Shown piece after piece: positions 40,101-48,764 of a stretch of DNA of 64,000 nucleotides. Origin of the DNA: Macrostomum lignano (Eukaryota). The position numbers were made by a program, and so were the translations under genes. The number at the start of each line of letters is the position of its first letter. Positions within the stretch are counted from its first letter, which is position 1. The notes under the pieces were generated by a model, which saw only the letters and a list, made by a program, of their open reading frames with translations, did no database searches and was not told the DNA's origin. The stretch is from NCBI GenBank assembly GCA_002269645.1, contig NIVC01003219.1, positions 46,157 to 110,156 on the forward strand. Reading direction: 5' to 3'.

Positions 40101-42565
40101 CACAGAATCTGATTGGCTATTGTACACAGAATCTGATTAAATAGTTTACTTCTATTAGGTAAACTTACTAAGTTAGCTTTTTGTAGGAAAATGTGCAAAG
40201 TGTCTACTTATAGTAAAATAATAATTAAACAATCATTTTTCCAGATGGCTCCGGAATTTGATAAGCTGACAATTGCTCAAAAGACGGAAGTGTTCGAATA
40301 CGGTTTAACCTCTTGCGAAGGCGACGATTTAGCTAAGATTATCTGGGATCGGAGCCCCACCGCAGAGGTAAATAAGGGCGGTTCATTTTATTTGCAAGAT
40401 AGATCGCCTGTGCATCCAAAGCGAAGCGTCGTGTGCCTTTTAATTTTTGCCCAAAATTATTTAAATAAATATACGCTAAAAAGCTTTTTATGCTACTGTA
40501 AGTAGAAATATCAACATTTTAATCTATATACACTGCAGCTATGGTTCGAACGGCGGACTAACTATATTCGCTCTCTGGCCACAATGTCCATGGTTGGATA
40601 CATTCTGGGCCTGGGCGATCGGCACCCCTCGAATATTATGCTAAATCGAGACACTGGCAAAATTGTTCACATCGATTTTGGCGACTGCTTCGAAGTGGCC
40701 ATGCATCGGGAGAAATTCCCCGAACAGGTGCCATTCCGTCTGACTCGAATGCTGATTAAAGCGCTGGAAGTGACCGGCATCGAGGGCTGCTTTCGTCAGA
40801 CCTGCATCCTAGTTATGAACCTGCTGCGCGAGAATAAAGACTCAATCATGGCCGTGCTGGAAGCCTTCGTCTACGATCCTCTGCTGCAGTGGATTCTGCT
40901 GGATCATAAACGGGAATTCGGCGACGCTAAGAAGACTATGCAGAACTTTCGCCGCCCAGCCGATCCCATGGCCGCTGTTGCCGATGCCGCAGCTGCCGCC
41001 GTGGCTGCCGCTGATCCGCAGGTTGGTGGAGTAGCTGTTTTTCTAAATAGTCTTGATTACATTGTTAAGGTCTGTGTCACTAGAGGCGTCTGAATAGTCT
41101 TAAGCTTGTGTAACAAAAAGTCGAATGACCTTGTGCCAGGAGTTTTAAGAGTGTCTATGTGGGTTGTGTCAGGTGTGTCTAAGTTGTATCAAGAGTGTCG
41201 ATGTGGTTTGTGTCAGGAGTGTCGATGTGGTTTGTGTCAGGAGTGTCGATGTGGTTTGTGTCAGGAATGTCGATGTGGTTTGTGTCAGGAATGTCGATGT
41301 GGTTTGTGTCAGGAGTGTCGATGTGATTTGTGTCAGGAATGTCGATGTGGTTTGTGTCAGGAGTGTCGATGTGGTTTGTGTCAGGAATGTCGATGTGGTT
41401 TGTGTCAGGAGTGTCGATGTGGTTTGTGTCATGAGTGTCGATGTGGTTTGTGTCAGGAATGTCGATGTGGTTTGTGTCAGGAATGTCGATGTGGTTTGTG
41501 TCAGGAATGTCGATGTGGTTTGTGTCAGGAGTGTCAACATTGTCTCAGTAGTGTCAAAGTTGTGTCATGAGTGTCGATGTGGTTTGTGTCAGGAATGTCG
41601 ATGTGGTTTGTGTCAGGAGTGTCGATGTGGTTTGTGTCAGGAGTGTCGATGTGGTTTGTGTCATGAGTGTCGATGTGGTTTGTTTCAGGAATCTCGCTGT
41701 GGTGTCTCAGGAGTGTCACTGTGGTTTGTGTGAGTAGTCTCTCTGTGGTGTGGTCAGGAGTGTCAATGTGGCTTGTGTCAGGAGTGTCAGATTTATACTA
41801 GAAGTGTCAACATTGTGTCAGTAGCGTTGAAGCGGGTTGTGTCAGTAGTTCTAAGTTAGATTGTGTTAAGACTCAAATCTGTGTTAGTGTTTTAAAGAAG
41901 TGTTTAAATTCATCAAGCTTCCACAGACTCTGTTTTAACAATGCCAGCACAAATTTCAGGCTGCTGGAGCCGCAGGCGGAGGCGGCGCTGGTAACGCCGG
42001 AATTCAACAGGCGCCTGGCGTCGACGCCGCCGATATGGAAGGCTACAATCCGTGGCGGCATCATCTAGTCAACGGGCCCTGGTTTGGCAACTACGAAGAG
42101 TCGAAACAGTTGCGCAAGCGCAGCCGTTCTGGCGTTGTCTACGTGGAGAAGAGCGGCATTTTCGGCCTGATCTTCAGCGCCCGACCGCCGCCGTTTCAAT
42201 CGGCGACGACAGCGACTGGCGGCTACCCAGGCGGCCCCGGCAACAATGGCGGCGTTCTGAATGCGGACTCCTCGGAGAGAAGCTCCAGGCAGAACAGCGG
42301 CGCAACGTCCGCGGCGGCGTCGGCTGCTGCTGCTGCTGCCGCTGCCGCCGCAGCCGGCGCCGTGGTTGTGTCGAAGCCGATTAATTCCAAAGCCACCGAC
42401 GTGATTGGCCGAGTTCGGAAGAAGCTGACTGGACAAGATTTTAACGATTCTACTGATAGTAGAGATTTTGTCAACACTATCAGGCAGGTGGACATGCTGC
42501 TGGCCAATGCTACGTCTAATCAGAATCTGTGCCAGATGTACATTGGCTGGTGTCCGTTTTGGTAG
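1161..42565 (+). CDS. MTOR: Serine/threonine-protein kinase TOR (mTOR orthologue), 25 coding exons, about 2754 aa
   Basis: Exons: 1161-1483, 2781-2991, 3676-4362, 5154-5401, 13871-13999, 15377-15624, 17963-18087, 21022-21407, 22350-22704, 23072-23404, 23989-24306, 27941-28330, 29429-29816, 30789-31294, 31990-32484, 33311-33481, 34355-34861, 35326-35649, 36347-36576, 36953-37160, 37771-38093, 39271-39418, 40245-40367, 40539-41021, 41960-42565. All introns are GT-AG, phases join consistently, total 8265 nt is divisible by 3. Diagnostic TOR motifs: [99 protein letters not shown]-terminal YIGWCPFW-stop. Confidence 0.97.
1575..1830 (+). mobile_element. tRNA-derived SINE with Nin/Deu-like central domain, in TOR intron 1
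   Basis: Pol III A-box-like TGGTTAGAGCA (1591-1601) and B-box GGTTCGATTCT (1627-1637), followed by CCATTGAGCAAGGCACTTAACTC...CACCCAGCTGTAAAATGGGTGCC, resembling the Nin/Deu SINE core from memory. The 3' end is uncertain. Confidence 0.65.
1845..2582 (+). repeat. 138-bp direct repeat (1845-1982 and 2445-2582) flanking a minisatellite
   Basis: GCGCATCACATGGCTTGTAGAATCC...ATTCTGAATTCATCAAGTGA occurs twice, 600 bp apart, with few mismatches. Confidence 0.9.
1983..2430. repeat. Minisatellite, about 22-bp unit ACAGACACTTACAGATGGTATT (TOR intron 1)
   Basis: Direct inspection; variable 11/22/33-bp modules. Confidence 0.9.
3080..3590. repeat. Degenerate (TCTAA)n microsatellite (TOR intron 2)
   Basis: Runs such as TCTAATCTAATCTAATCT. 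Confidence 0.8.
4395..5110. repeat. Minisatellite of the same ACAGACACTTACAGATGGTATT family (TOR intron 3)
   Basis: Same core unit as in intron 1. Confidence 0.9.
5560..6620. repeat. 12-bp repeat CCCTAATCCAAT, telomere-like half unit (TOR intron 4)
   Basis: Tandem CCCTAA+TCCAAT with variants. Confidence 0.92.
7125..13558. repeat. 6.4-kb minisatellite, 31-bp unit AAAAGCAGGTGATTGTGACGGTTCTGTACTG (about 200 units; TOR intron 4)
   Basis: Period 31, with variants carrying extra GATTGT hexamers. Confidence 0.97.
14095..15330. repeat. 35-bp minisatellite GCTTTCAAATAAACTCATTTTCCTTCAG(ATATGGC/CTCTGTC) (TOR intron 5)
   Basis: Period 35, two unit variants. Confidence 0.95.
15647..16428. repeat. 21-bp minisatellite ATGTAGCATCCCTGAAGCTTT (TOR intron 6)
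   Basis: Period 21; starts about 23 nt after the donor. Confidence 0.95.
16998..17860. repeat. 21-bp minisatellite TCGCCCTGACACAGAAAATAA grading into TCGCCCTGACTCATGAAAGAA (TOR intron 6)
   Basis: Period 21, two variant domains. Confidence 0.93.
18228..19040. repeat. 30-bp minisatellite GAGGGTGAGATTTCCGGAGCTTCAGTCTTT (TOR intron 7)
   Basis: Period 30. Confidence 0.95.
19460..20940. repeat. 20-bp minisatellite AGATCTCCATATTAGAATCA (TOR intron 7)
   Basis: Period 20 with degenerate 3' edge. Confidence 0.95.
21427..22257. repeat. 23-bp minisatellite CTGATGCTCAAATCTCACTCTCC (TOR intron 8)
   Basis: Period 23. Confidence 0.95.
23550..23910. repeat. 30-bp minisatellite GATATGAGATTCGAATATTTGGGATGTAAG (TOR intron 10)
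   Basis: Period 30. Confidence 0.9.
24375..24640. repeat. Short degenerate repeat with TTCACAAGCGCTAA core (TOR intron 11)
   Basis: Several imperfect copies. Confidence 0.75.
24825..27815. repeat. 41-bp AT-rich minisatellite TATTTCTAAGAAACTATAGAACCTTATCTCTGAAATAACTA (TOR intron 11)
   Basis: Period 41 over about 3 kb. Confidence 0.96.
28480..29050. repeat. 38-bp minisatellite TGATAATTCCCCTGTAAGCCTCACTTTAAATCGCTCTA (TOR intron 12)
   Basis: Period 38, homogeneous centre with degenerate flanks. Confidence 0.93.
30000..30740. repeat. 31-bp minisatellite GAGAGGTGAGATTTCCTTAGCTTCCGTATCT (TOR intron 13)
   Basis: Period 31. Confidence 0.92.
31355..31945. repeat. 23-bp minisatellite GATAGTGATGAAGCTGAGCATTG (TOR intron 14)
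   Basis: Period 23. Confidence 0.95.
32510..33120. repeat. 40-bp minisatellite GTGGTCTTTGTAGCTGAGCTATCACTACCATTAAATCCTA (TOR intron 15)
   Basis: Period 40. Confidence 0.93.
33570..34345. repeat. 44-bp minisatellite AATAGAATGGATTGCTAATCTATAGCTCTATACATGAATTAAAG (TOR intron 16)
   Basis: Period 44; the last degenerate unit runs into the branch/acceptor region. Confidence 0.93.
34895..35270. repeat. Degenerate 18-bp repeat AATAGCCGATATGTATCG (TOR intron 17)
   Basis: Imperfect copies. Confidence 0.8.
35658..36090. repeat. 12-bp repeat TTAGTGTCTGTC (TOR intron 18)
   Basis: Period 12. Confidence 0.9.
36347..37160 (+). other. TOR FRB (FKBP12-rapamycin binding) domain, exons 19-20
   Basis: [28 protein letters not shown] ... 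[11 protein letters not shown] matches the FRB helices of TOR kinases. Confidence 0.9.
36619..36860. repeat. 31-bp minisatellite GGTGGCCCAGCAACTGAGGATCTGGGAGGCT (TOR intron 19)
   Basis: Period 31 (28-bp variants). Confidence 0.93.
37200..37660. repeat. 22-bp purine-rich repeat GAGAGTGAAAAGGCAAGGAGGA (TOR intron 20)
   Basis: Period 22. Confidence 0.92.
38215..39085. repeat. Compound minisatellite built on TGTGTTTATGACA modules (TOR intron 21)
   Basis: Direct inspection. Confidence 0.88.
39525..40138. repeat. 24-bp minisatellite GTACACAGAATCTGATTGGCTATT (TOR intron 22)
   Basis: Period 24. Confidence 0.93.
41190..41800. repeat. 24-bp minisatellite GTCGATGTGGTTTGTGTCAGGAGT (TOR intron 24)
   Basis: Period 24. 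Confidence 0.93.
42470..42565 (+). other. TOR FATC domain
   Basis: [27 protein letters not shown]-stop (TAG 42563-42565). Confidence 0.93.
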
Positions 42566-42571
42566 CTGCTG

Positions 42572-43768
42572 GTAAGTGCCCACTATATACGAGGCGCCGG
42601 TGGCCCAGAAACTAACAGATTTCTAGATTAGAAGGAGTTAGATCGAGATAGATGAAGAGAATTGGTGGGATTGGCAGCTCGAGACACTAGAGGATCTGAG
42701 AAGCTGGCCCAGCAACTGGGGATCTGGGAGGCTAGTGGCCCAGCAACTGATGACCTGGGAGGCTGGTGACCCAGCAACTGAGGATCTGGGAGGCTAGTGG
42801 CTCAGCAGCTGATGACCTGGGAGGTTGGTGATCCAGCAACTGAGGATCTGGGAGGCTGGTGGCCCTGCAACTGAGGATCTGGGAGGCTGGTGGCCGAGCA
42901 ACTGAGGATCTGGGAGGTTGGTGGCCCAGCAACTGAGGATCTGGGAGGCTGGTGGCCGAGCAACTGAGGATCTGGGAGGCTGGCGGCCCAGCAACTGAGG
43001 ATCTGGGAGGCTGGTGGTCCAGCAACTGAGGATCTGGGAGGCTGGTAGCCCAGCAACTGAGGATCTGGGAGGCTGGTAGCCCAGCAACTGAGGATCTGGG
43101 AGGCTGGTGGCCGAGCAACTGAGGATCTGGGAGGCTGGCGGCCCAGCAACTGAGGATCTGGGAGGCTGGTGGTCCAGCAACTGAGGATCTGGGAGGCTGG
43201 TAGCCCAGCAACTGAGGATCTGGGAGGCTGGTAGCCCAGCAACTGAGGATCTGGGAGGCTGGTGGCCCAGCAACTGAGAATCTGGGAGGCTGGTGGCACA
43301 GCAACTGATGACCTGGGAGGCTGGTGGCCCAGCAACTGAGAATCTGGGAGGCTGGTGGCACAGCAACTGAGAATCTGGGAGGCTGGTGGCACAGCAACTG
43401 ATGACCTGGGAGGCTGGTGGCCCAGCAACTGAGAATCTGGGAGGCTGGTGGCACAGCAACTGAGAATCTGGGAGGCTGGTGGCACAGCAACTGATGACCT
43501 GGGAGGCTGGTGGCCCAGCAACTGAGAATCTGGGAGGCTGGTGGCCCAGCAACTGGCGTTGGGAGGCTGGCCCAGCAACTGAGGATCTGGGAGGCTGGCC
43601 CAGCAACTGAGGATCTGGGAGGCTGGCCCAGCAACTGACACTCTGGGAGACTGGCCCAGCAAATGATGATCTTAGACGCTGGCACAGCAAGTTTCTGCCA
43701 TGGAGGTTATTTCTGCAGCTAAGCACTTTACTTTTAAACAGTCTAATAATTCACCACCCCAATTTCAG
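42572..43768 (+). other. Putative 3'-UTR intron of TOR
   Basis: Consensus donor ctg|GTAAGT 6 nt after the stop; acceptor GTCTAAT...CCCCAATTTCAG| ending 43768. Confidence 0.55.
42690..43690. repeat. 31-bp minisatellite, same unit as TOR intron 19
   Basis: GGTGGCCCAGCAACTGAGGATCTGGGAGGCT and variants. Confidence 0.95.
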
Positions 43769-44251
43769 CATCGTGCAAGAGCTTTAAAATCGGATAGTGC
43801 AAAATCTACAAAAGAAGTTGTTTCAAACAATTGTGCTTATAATTGACCTCAAAAATTAGAAGAGATGTCTCATACTAATTTTTTATTTTAATGCTACAAA
43901 ATAACGTTGCGTATGCTAACCTAAATTTTCCTTAAAATTCTACAATATTTTAATGCAGTGCAAATTTATCATAGTTATATAAGTTAAGTTTAAACATTAC
44001 TGACCATCCGTTTCTAGTAGTTTTAAGTATATAAAATTATATATTCTGATTTGGACTAACTGCAGTCTTTTTATATAAATTATATTCGCTTTTACGCTTT
44101 GAGTTAAATAATTATGCCAATATATTAATGAATTCATTATACTACTATACCATCACTATTCAATTATATAATACATGTAGGCTCGTGTATAATCCATTTT
44201 ACCTTTGATAAATTAATTATTTTGTGTTGTAAATCATTGCAAGTGTATTGA

Positions 44252-44257
44252 AATAAA
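44252..44257 (+). promoter_or_regulatory. Candidate TOR polyadenylation signal AATAAA
   Basis: AATAAA at the end of an AT-rich unique stretch after the putative 3'-UTR intron. Confidence 0.4.
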
Positions 44258-44394
44258 AAATTGACCCTGTTTTGTCTAAATTGAATATTAGATAATAGAG
44301 TAGATAGTATTAGCTATGAGTTGTCTTTTTTTGCTCTTTCTTTTTAACCCTCCCTCTCTCTTCTCCCGCTTTTTGCCTTTTCAGTCTCCCCTCT

Positions 44395-45175
44395 TTTTCA
44401 CTCTTCTCTTGCCTTTTCACTTTCTTCTCTTGCCTTTTCACTCTCTTCTCTTGCCTTTTTACTCTCTTCTCTTGCCTTTTCACTCTCTTCTCTTGCCTTT
44501 TCACTCTCTTCTCTTGCCTTTTTACTCTCTTCTCTTGCCTTTTCACTCTCTTCTCTTGCCTTTTCACTCTCTTCTCTTGCCTTTTCACTCTCTTCTCTTG
44601 CCTTTTCACTCTCTTCTCTTGCCTTTTCACTCTCTTCTCTTGCCTTTTCACTCTCTTCTCTTGCCTTTTCACTCTCTTCTCTTGCCTTTTCACTCTCTTC
44701 TCTTGCCTTTTCACTCTCTTCTCTTGCCTTTTCACTCTCTTCTCTTGCCTTTTCACTCTCTTCTCTTGCCTTTTCACTCTCTTCTCTTGCCTTTTCACTC
44801 TCTTCTCTTGCCTTTTCACTCTCTTCTCTTGCCTTTTCACTCTCTTCTCTTGCCTTTTCACTCTCTTCTCTTGCCTTTTCACTCTCTTCTCTTGCCTTTT
44901 CACTCTCTTCTCTTGCCTTTTCACTCTCTTCTCTTGCCTTTTCACTCTCTTCTCTTGCCTTTTCACTCTCTTCTCTTGCCTTTTCACTCTCTTCTCTTGG
45001 CTTTTCACTCTCTTCTCTTGCCTTTTCACTTTCTTCTCTTGCCTTTTCACTCTCTTCTCTTGCCTTTCACTCTCTTCTCTTGCCTTTTCACTCTCTTCTC
45101 TTGCCTTTTCACTCTCTTCTCTTGCCTTTCACTCTCTTCTCTTGCCTTTTCACTCTCTTCTCTTGGCTTTTCACT
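44395..45175. repeat. 21-bp polypyrimidine repeat CACTCTCTTCTCTTGCCTTTT
   Basis: Period 21, near-perfect. Confidence 0.95.
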
Positions 45176-45177
45176 GT

Positions 45178-46062
45178 CCCCAGTCAGTCAGTCACCAACT
45201 CTGTCAGTCAGTCAGTCACCAACTCTGTCAGTCAGTCAGTCACCAACTCTGTCAGTCAGTCACCAACTCTGTCAGTCAGTCAGTCACCAACTCTGTCAGT
45301 CAGTCAGTCACCAACTCTGTCAGTCAGTCAGTCACCAACTCTGTCAGTCAGTCAGTCACCAACTCTGTCAGTCAGTCAGTCAGTCAGTCAGTCAGTCAGT
45401 CAGTCAGTCAGTCAGTCAGTCAGTCAGTCAGTCAGTCAGTCAGTCAGTCAGTCAGTCAGTCAGTCAGTCAGTCAGTCAGTCAGTCAGTCAGTCAGTCAGT
45501 CAGTCAATCAGTCAGTCAGTCAGTCAGTCAGTCAGTCAGTCAGTCAGTCAGTCAGTCAGTCAGTCAGTCAGCCAGTCAGTCAGTCAGTCAGTCAGTCAGT
45601 CAGTCAGTCAGTCAGTCAGTCAGTCAGTCAGTCAGTCAGTCAGTCAGTCAGTCAGTCAGTCAGTCAGTCAGTCAGTCAGTCAGTCAGTCAGTCAGTCAGT
45701 CAGTCAGTCAGTCAGTCAGTCAGTCAGTCAGTCAGTCAGTCAGTCAGTCAGTCAGTCAATCAGTCAGTCAGTCAGTCAGTCAGTCAGTCAGTCAGTCAGT
45801 CAGTCAGTCAGCCAGTCAGTCAGTCAGTCAGTCAGTCAGTCAGTCAGTCAGTCAGTCAGTCAGTCAGTCAGTCAGTCAGTCAGTCAGTCAGTCAGTCAGT
45901 CAGTCAGTCAGTCAGTCAGTCAGTCAGTCAGTCAGTCAGTCAGTCAGTCAGTCAGTCAGTCAGTCAGTCAGTCAGTCAGTCAATCAGTCAGTCAGTCAGT
46001 CAGTCAGTCAGTCAGTCAGTCAGCCAGTCAGTCAGTCAGTCAGTCAGTCAGTCAGTCAGTCA
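45178..46062. repeat. (CAGT)n microsatellite with CACCAACTCTGT interruptions at its 5' end
   Basis: Direct inspection. Confidence 0.97.
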
Positions 46063-46172
46063 CCACTCAATCTATTGCATGATACTCTAAACTTTTAACA
46101 GGCATACTTCATCAAAAAAGAAAAAATTGCAAGAAAAGAAGAAAACAAACTATACTAAAAACTTGAAAGACA

Positions 46173-48572
46173 ATGTCCGGCGATCTGTCCACCGACATCA
46201 ACCCGTTGGAGATTGGCTGCGTAGACGAGGCGGCTTCAACGGAGCCGCACAAGCTGCTGTCTCACCTGTTCCCCTCCAAGATTGGCGGCAAGCCAGCATG
46301 GCTGGCCTTGGACCAACTGCCCGGGGAGGCGCAGCTTCGATGCTGCATCTGCTCCAACCGGATGACCTTCCTGATGCAGGTTTACTGTCCGATTGAGTCC
46401 AGTGTGTCGGCCACGGCTTCCGATAATGCCGATAACAATACCGATAATGACACTTTTCATCGTTGCTTATTCTTTTTCATGTGCTCCAACGGTGGTTGCT
46501 ATGGCAACGTGGATAAATCTAGCACGCCGAATGCTCCCGTGAAAGTGTTTCGCTCCCAGCTCGCTAGGAAGAATCCGTATTACCCGTTCGAGCCGCCGAA
46601 CTACGAAGCGAGCTGGTCGGGGATTGTCAAACTAATCGATGCTAAGCAAGTGTCTCACCCGTCGTCATGGCAACCGCTATGCGCCCTGTGCGGCTGCCCA
46701 GCTAGCGGCTCTGAAGCGGTGCAGTGCGACGACTGCAACTACAAGCCAGGCGGGCTGTACTGCTGCAAGGAGCATCGCGACGCCGACGCTACACGACGCG
46801 CCGAGTTTTGCAAACTTGTCGATAAACAGCAACAAAAAATTGATGGAGAACTTCTACTACGTTTGTGGACGCTGCAGTCGGATTTAAACGATGAGCAGCA
46901 GTTTCTGCATAGCAACGGTCGGCCGCTACCTGAGCTGGGCCTACTCATCGGCCCCGATCCCGGCAACGGCATGGCCGACGATAAAATCGACATGAATCGT
47001 CGATTCGGCGACGTGCCCGATGATGAAGTCGCCGACGATGCTAATGATTCGTCGTCGTTGTCGTCTGAAAATGTCGACGATGATGTCGACGCAGCGATGG
47101 AGGTCGCAGACGATGGAGAGCGCCGTCGGCAGCAGCAGCAGAGCTCGCCGACCCCGATGCACTCGACAAATCAGGCCGGCGACGCGGCTAATATCGACGC
47201 CGCTGCCGGCGCTGATTCCGAGGCTAATCGCAGCTTCAACGAATTCGCCGCCGGAATCGAACAGCTGGCCGCTAAAGAGACGCCGGCCCTGAAACAGCTG
47301 GCCGAGTTTAAACGTGCTACTAGACGCGAGCCCGGACAGGTGAGAGAGAGAAATGGGGATGAGAGAAAGGTGTAATAACTGTGACAGAGGCGATATTAAA
47401 TATGCAACCTAACTCTTAGTTGGTAGAAAATAGATGAAGATAGGTGGAGACTGGAAGATTGGTGAATGCTAGAGGAAGATATAGAGACTACAGGGAGATG
47501 GGTAGAGACTAGATGAAGAAAGGTAGAGACTAGATGAAGATAGGTAGAGACTAGATGAAGATAGGTAGAGACTAGATGAAGAAAGGTAGAGACTAGATGA
47601 AGATAGGTAGAGACTAGATGACGATGGGTAGAGACTAGAGGGAGATGAGTAGAGACTAGAGGGAGATGAGTAGAGACTAGAGGGAGATGAGTAGAGACTA
47701 GAGGGAGATGAGTAGAGACTAGAGGGAGATGAGTAGAGACTAGAGGGAGATGAGTAGAGACTAGAGGGAGATGAGTAGAGACTAGATGAAGAAAGGTAGA
47801 GACTAGATGAAGATAGGTAGAGACTAGATGAAGATAGGTAGACTAGATGAAGAAAGGTAGAGACTAGATGAAGATGGGTAGAGACTAGAGGGAGATGAGT
47901 AGAGACTAGAGGGAGATGAGTAGAGACTAGAGGGAGATGAGTAGAGACTAGAGGGAGATGAGTAGAGACTAGAGGGAGATGAGTAGAGACTAGAGGGAGA
48001 TAGGTAGAGACTAGAGTGAGAAAGTTAAACAAGTTAGACTGAGAACGTCGGGATGTTAGACAAAAATGGAAAAAGACATGGGAGAGAACGGAACGAGATT
48101 AATTAATAAAGACACAGTAATTACCGTTTAAGCGATTTCTACTACCCAACAATCATAATAACTCCACATTATTGATGCAAAAATCGTAGTTTAAATTTAT
48201 ATATTAGCCCCCGATATGTATTGTTAACATACCGAAAATAATAATTATAACAACGTTATTATAATAACTTTCCACCAAAAGCCATACTCGCTCTTCCCTC
48301 AGGTATTTCGCTATCAACGCCACGGCGCGCCTCTACTAATTAGCGATCAATCAGTGGCGCCGGCGCCAGCCTGCGCTAGATGCGGCGCCGCTCGCCAATT
48401 TGAATGCCAAATCACTCCACAGCTGTTGAACTGGCTGCCATTGAATGAGTCACCGGATAGCGTCGGGCCAGATTTTGGCAGCGTGCTCGTGTACACCTGC
48501 TCCCGTAGCTGCCCGCTAGCTGGAGAACTCGGCAACTATGCGGAAGAGTTCGTTGCTATTCAGTATGTATGA
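46173..48572 (+). CDS. PDCD2: Programmed cell death protein 2 (PDCD2; MYND-like finger + PDCD2_C domain), 2 exons, about 478 aa
   Basis: Exon 1 46173-47339 (donor cag|gtgaga), exon 2 48303-48572 (acceptor cttccctcag|), phase 0. Motifs SKIGGKPAWL, LRCCICSNRMTFLMQVYCP, FHRCLFFFMC, KVFRSQL-x-RKNPYY, EPGQVFRY, C-x2-CG-x3-QFECQITPQLLNWL, DFGSVLVYTC, YAEEFV are PDCD2-family hallmarks. Confidence 0.9.
47430..48015. repeat. 21-bp purine-rich repeat GTAGAGACTAGAGGGAGATGA / GTAGAGACTAGATGAAGATAG (PDCD2 intron)
   Basis: Period 21. Confidence 0.92.
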
Positions 48573-48764
48573 ATTCTTCATGCAGAAGAAACAAAATAAT
48601 TGAATTTTTTTTTCGATCGTACTTGATTAGATTCACAGATGCAAAATAACTCGATACGTCACTTGCAATTAAGTTGTGAAAAAGCAGAGCATCTATTCTT
48701 TATTGAGTAGTTTGTGTGCGCGCAGTGGCACTTACGTTTAATGTTTAAGTGTTAGCCAATAAGA

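Larger units (their letters stand above)
37771..41021 (+). other. TOR PI3K-related kinase domain, exons 21-24
   Basis: [21 protein letters not shown] (catalytic Lys), [18 protein letters not shown]-like [49 protein letters not shown]. Confidence 0.95.

Noticed and set aside
42732-43726. Three overlapping minus-strand ORFs of about 300 aa
   Set aside because: 31-bp repeat open in all three frames; artefact.
44310-46098. Long ORFs (588, 336, 318, 246 aa) such as SQSVSQSV.. and KRQEKRV..
   Set aside because: Translations of the 21-mer and (CAGT)n repeats that lack stops by chance; no splice context or domain.
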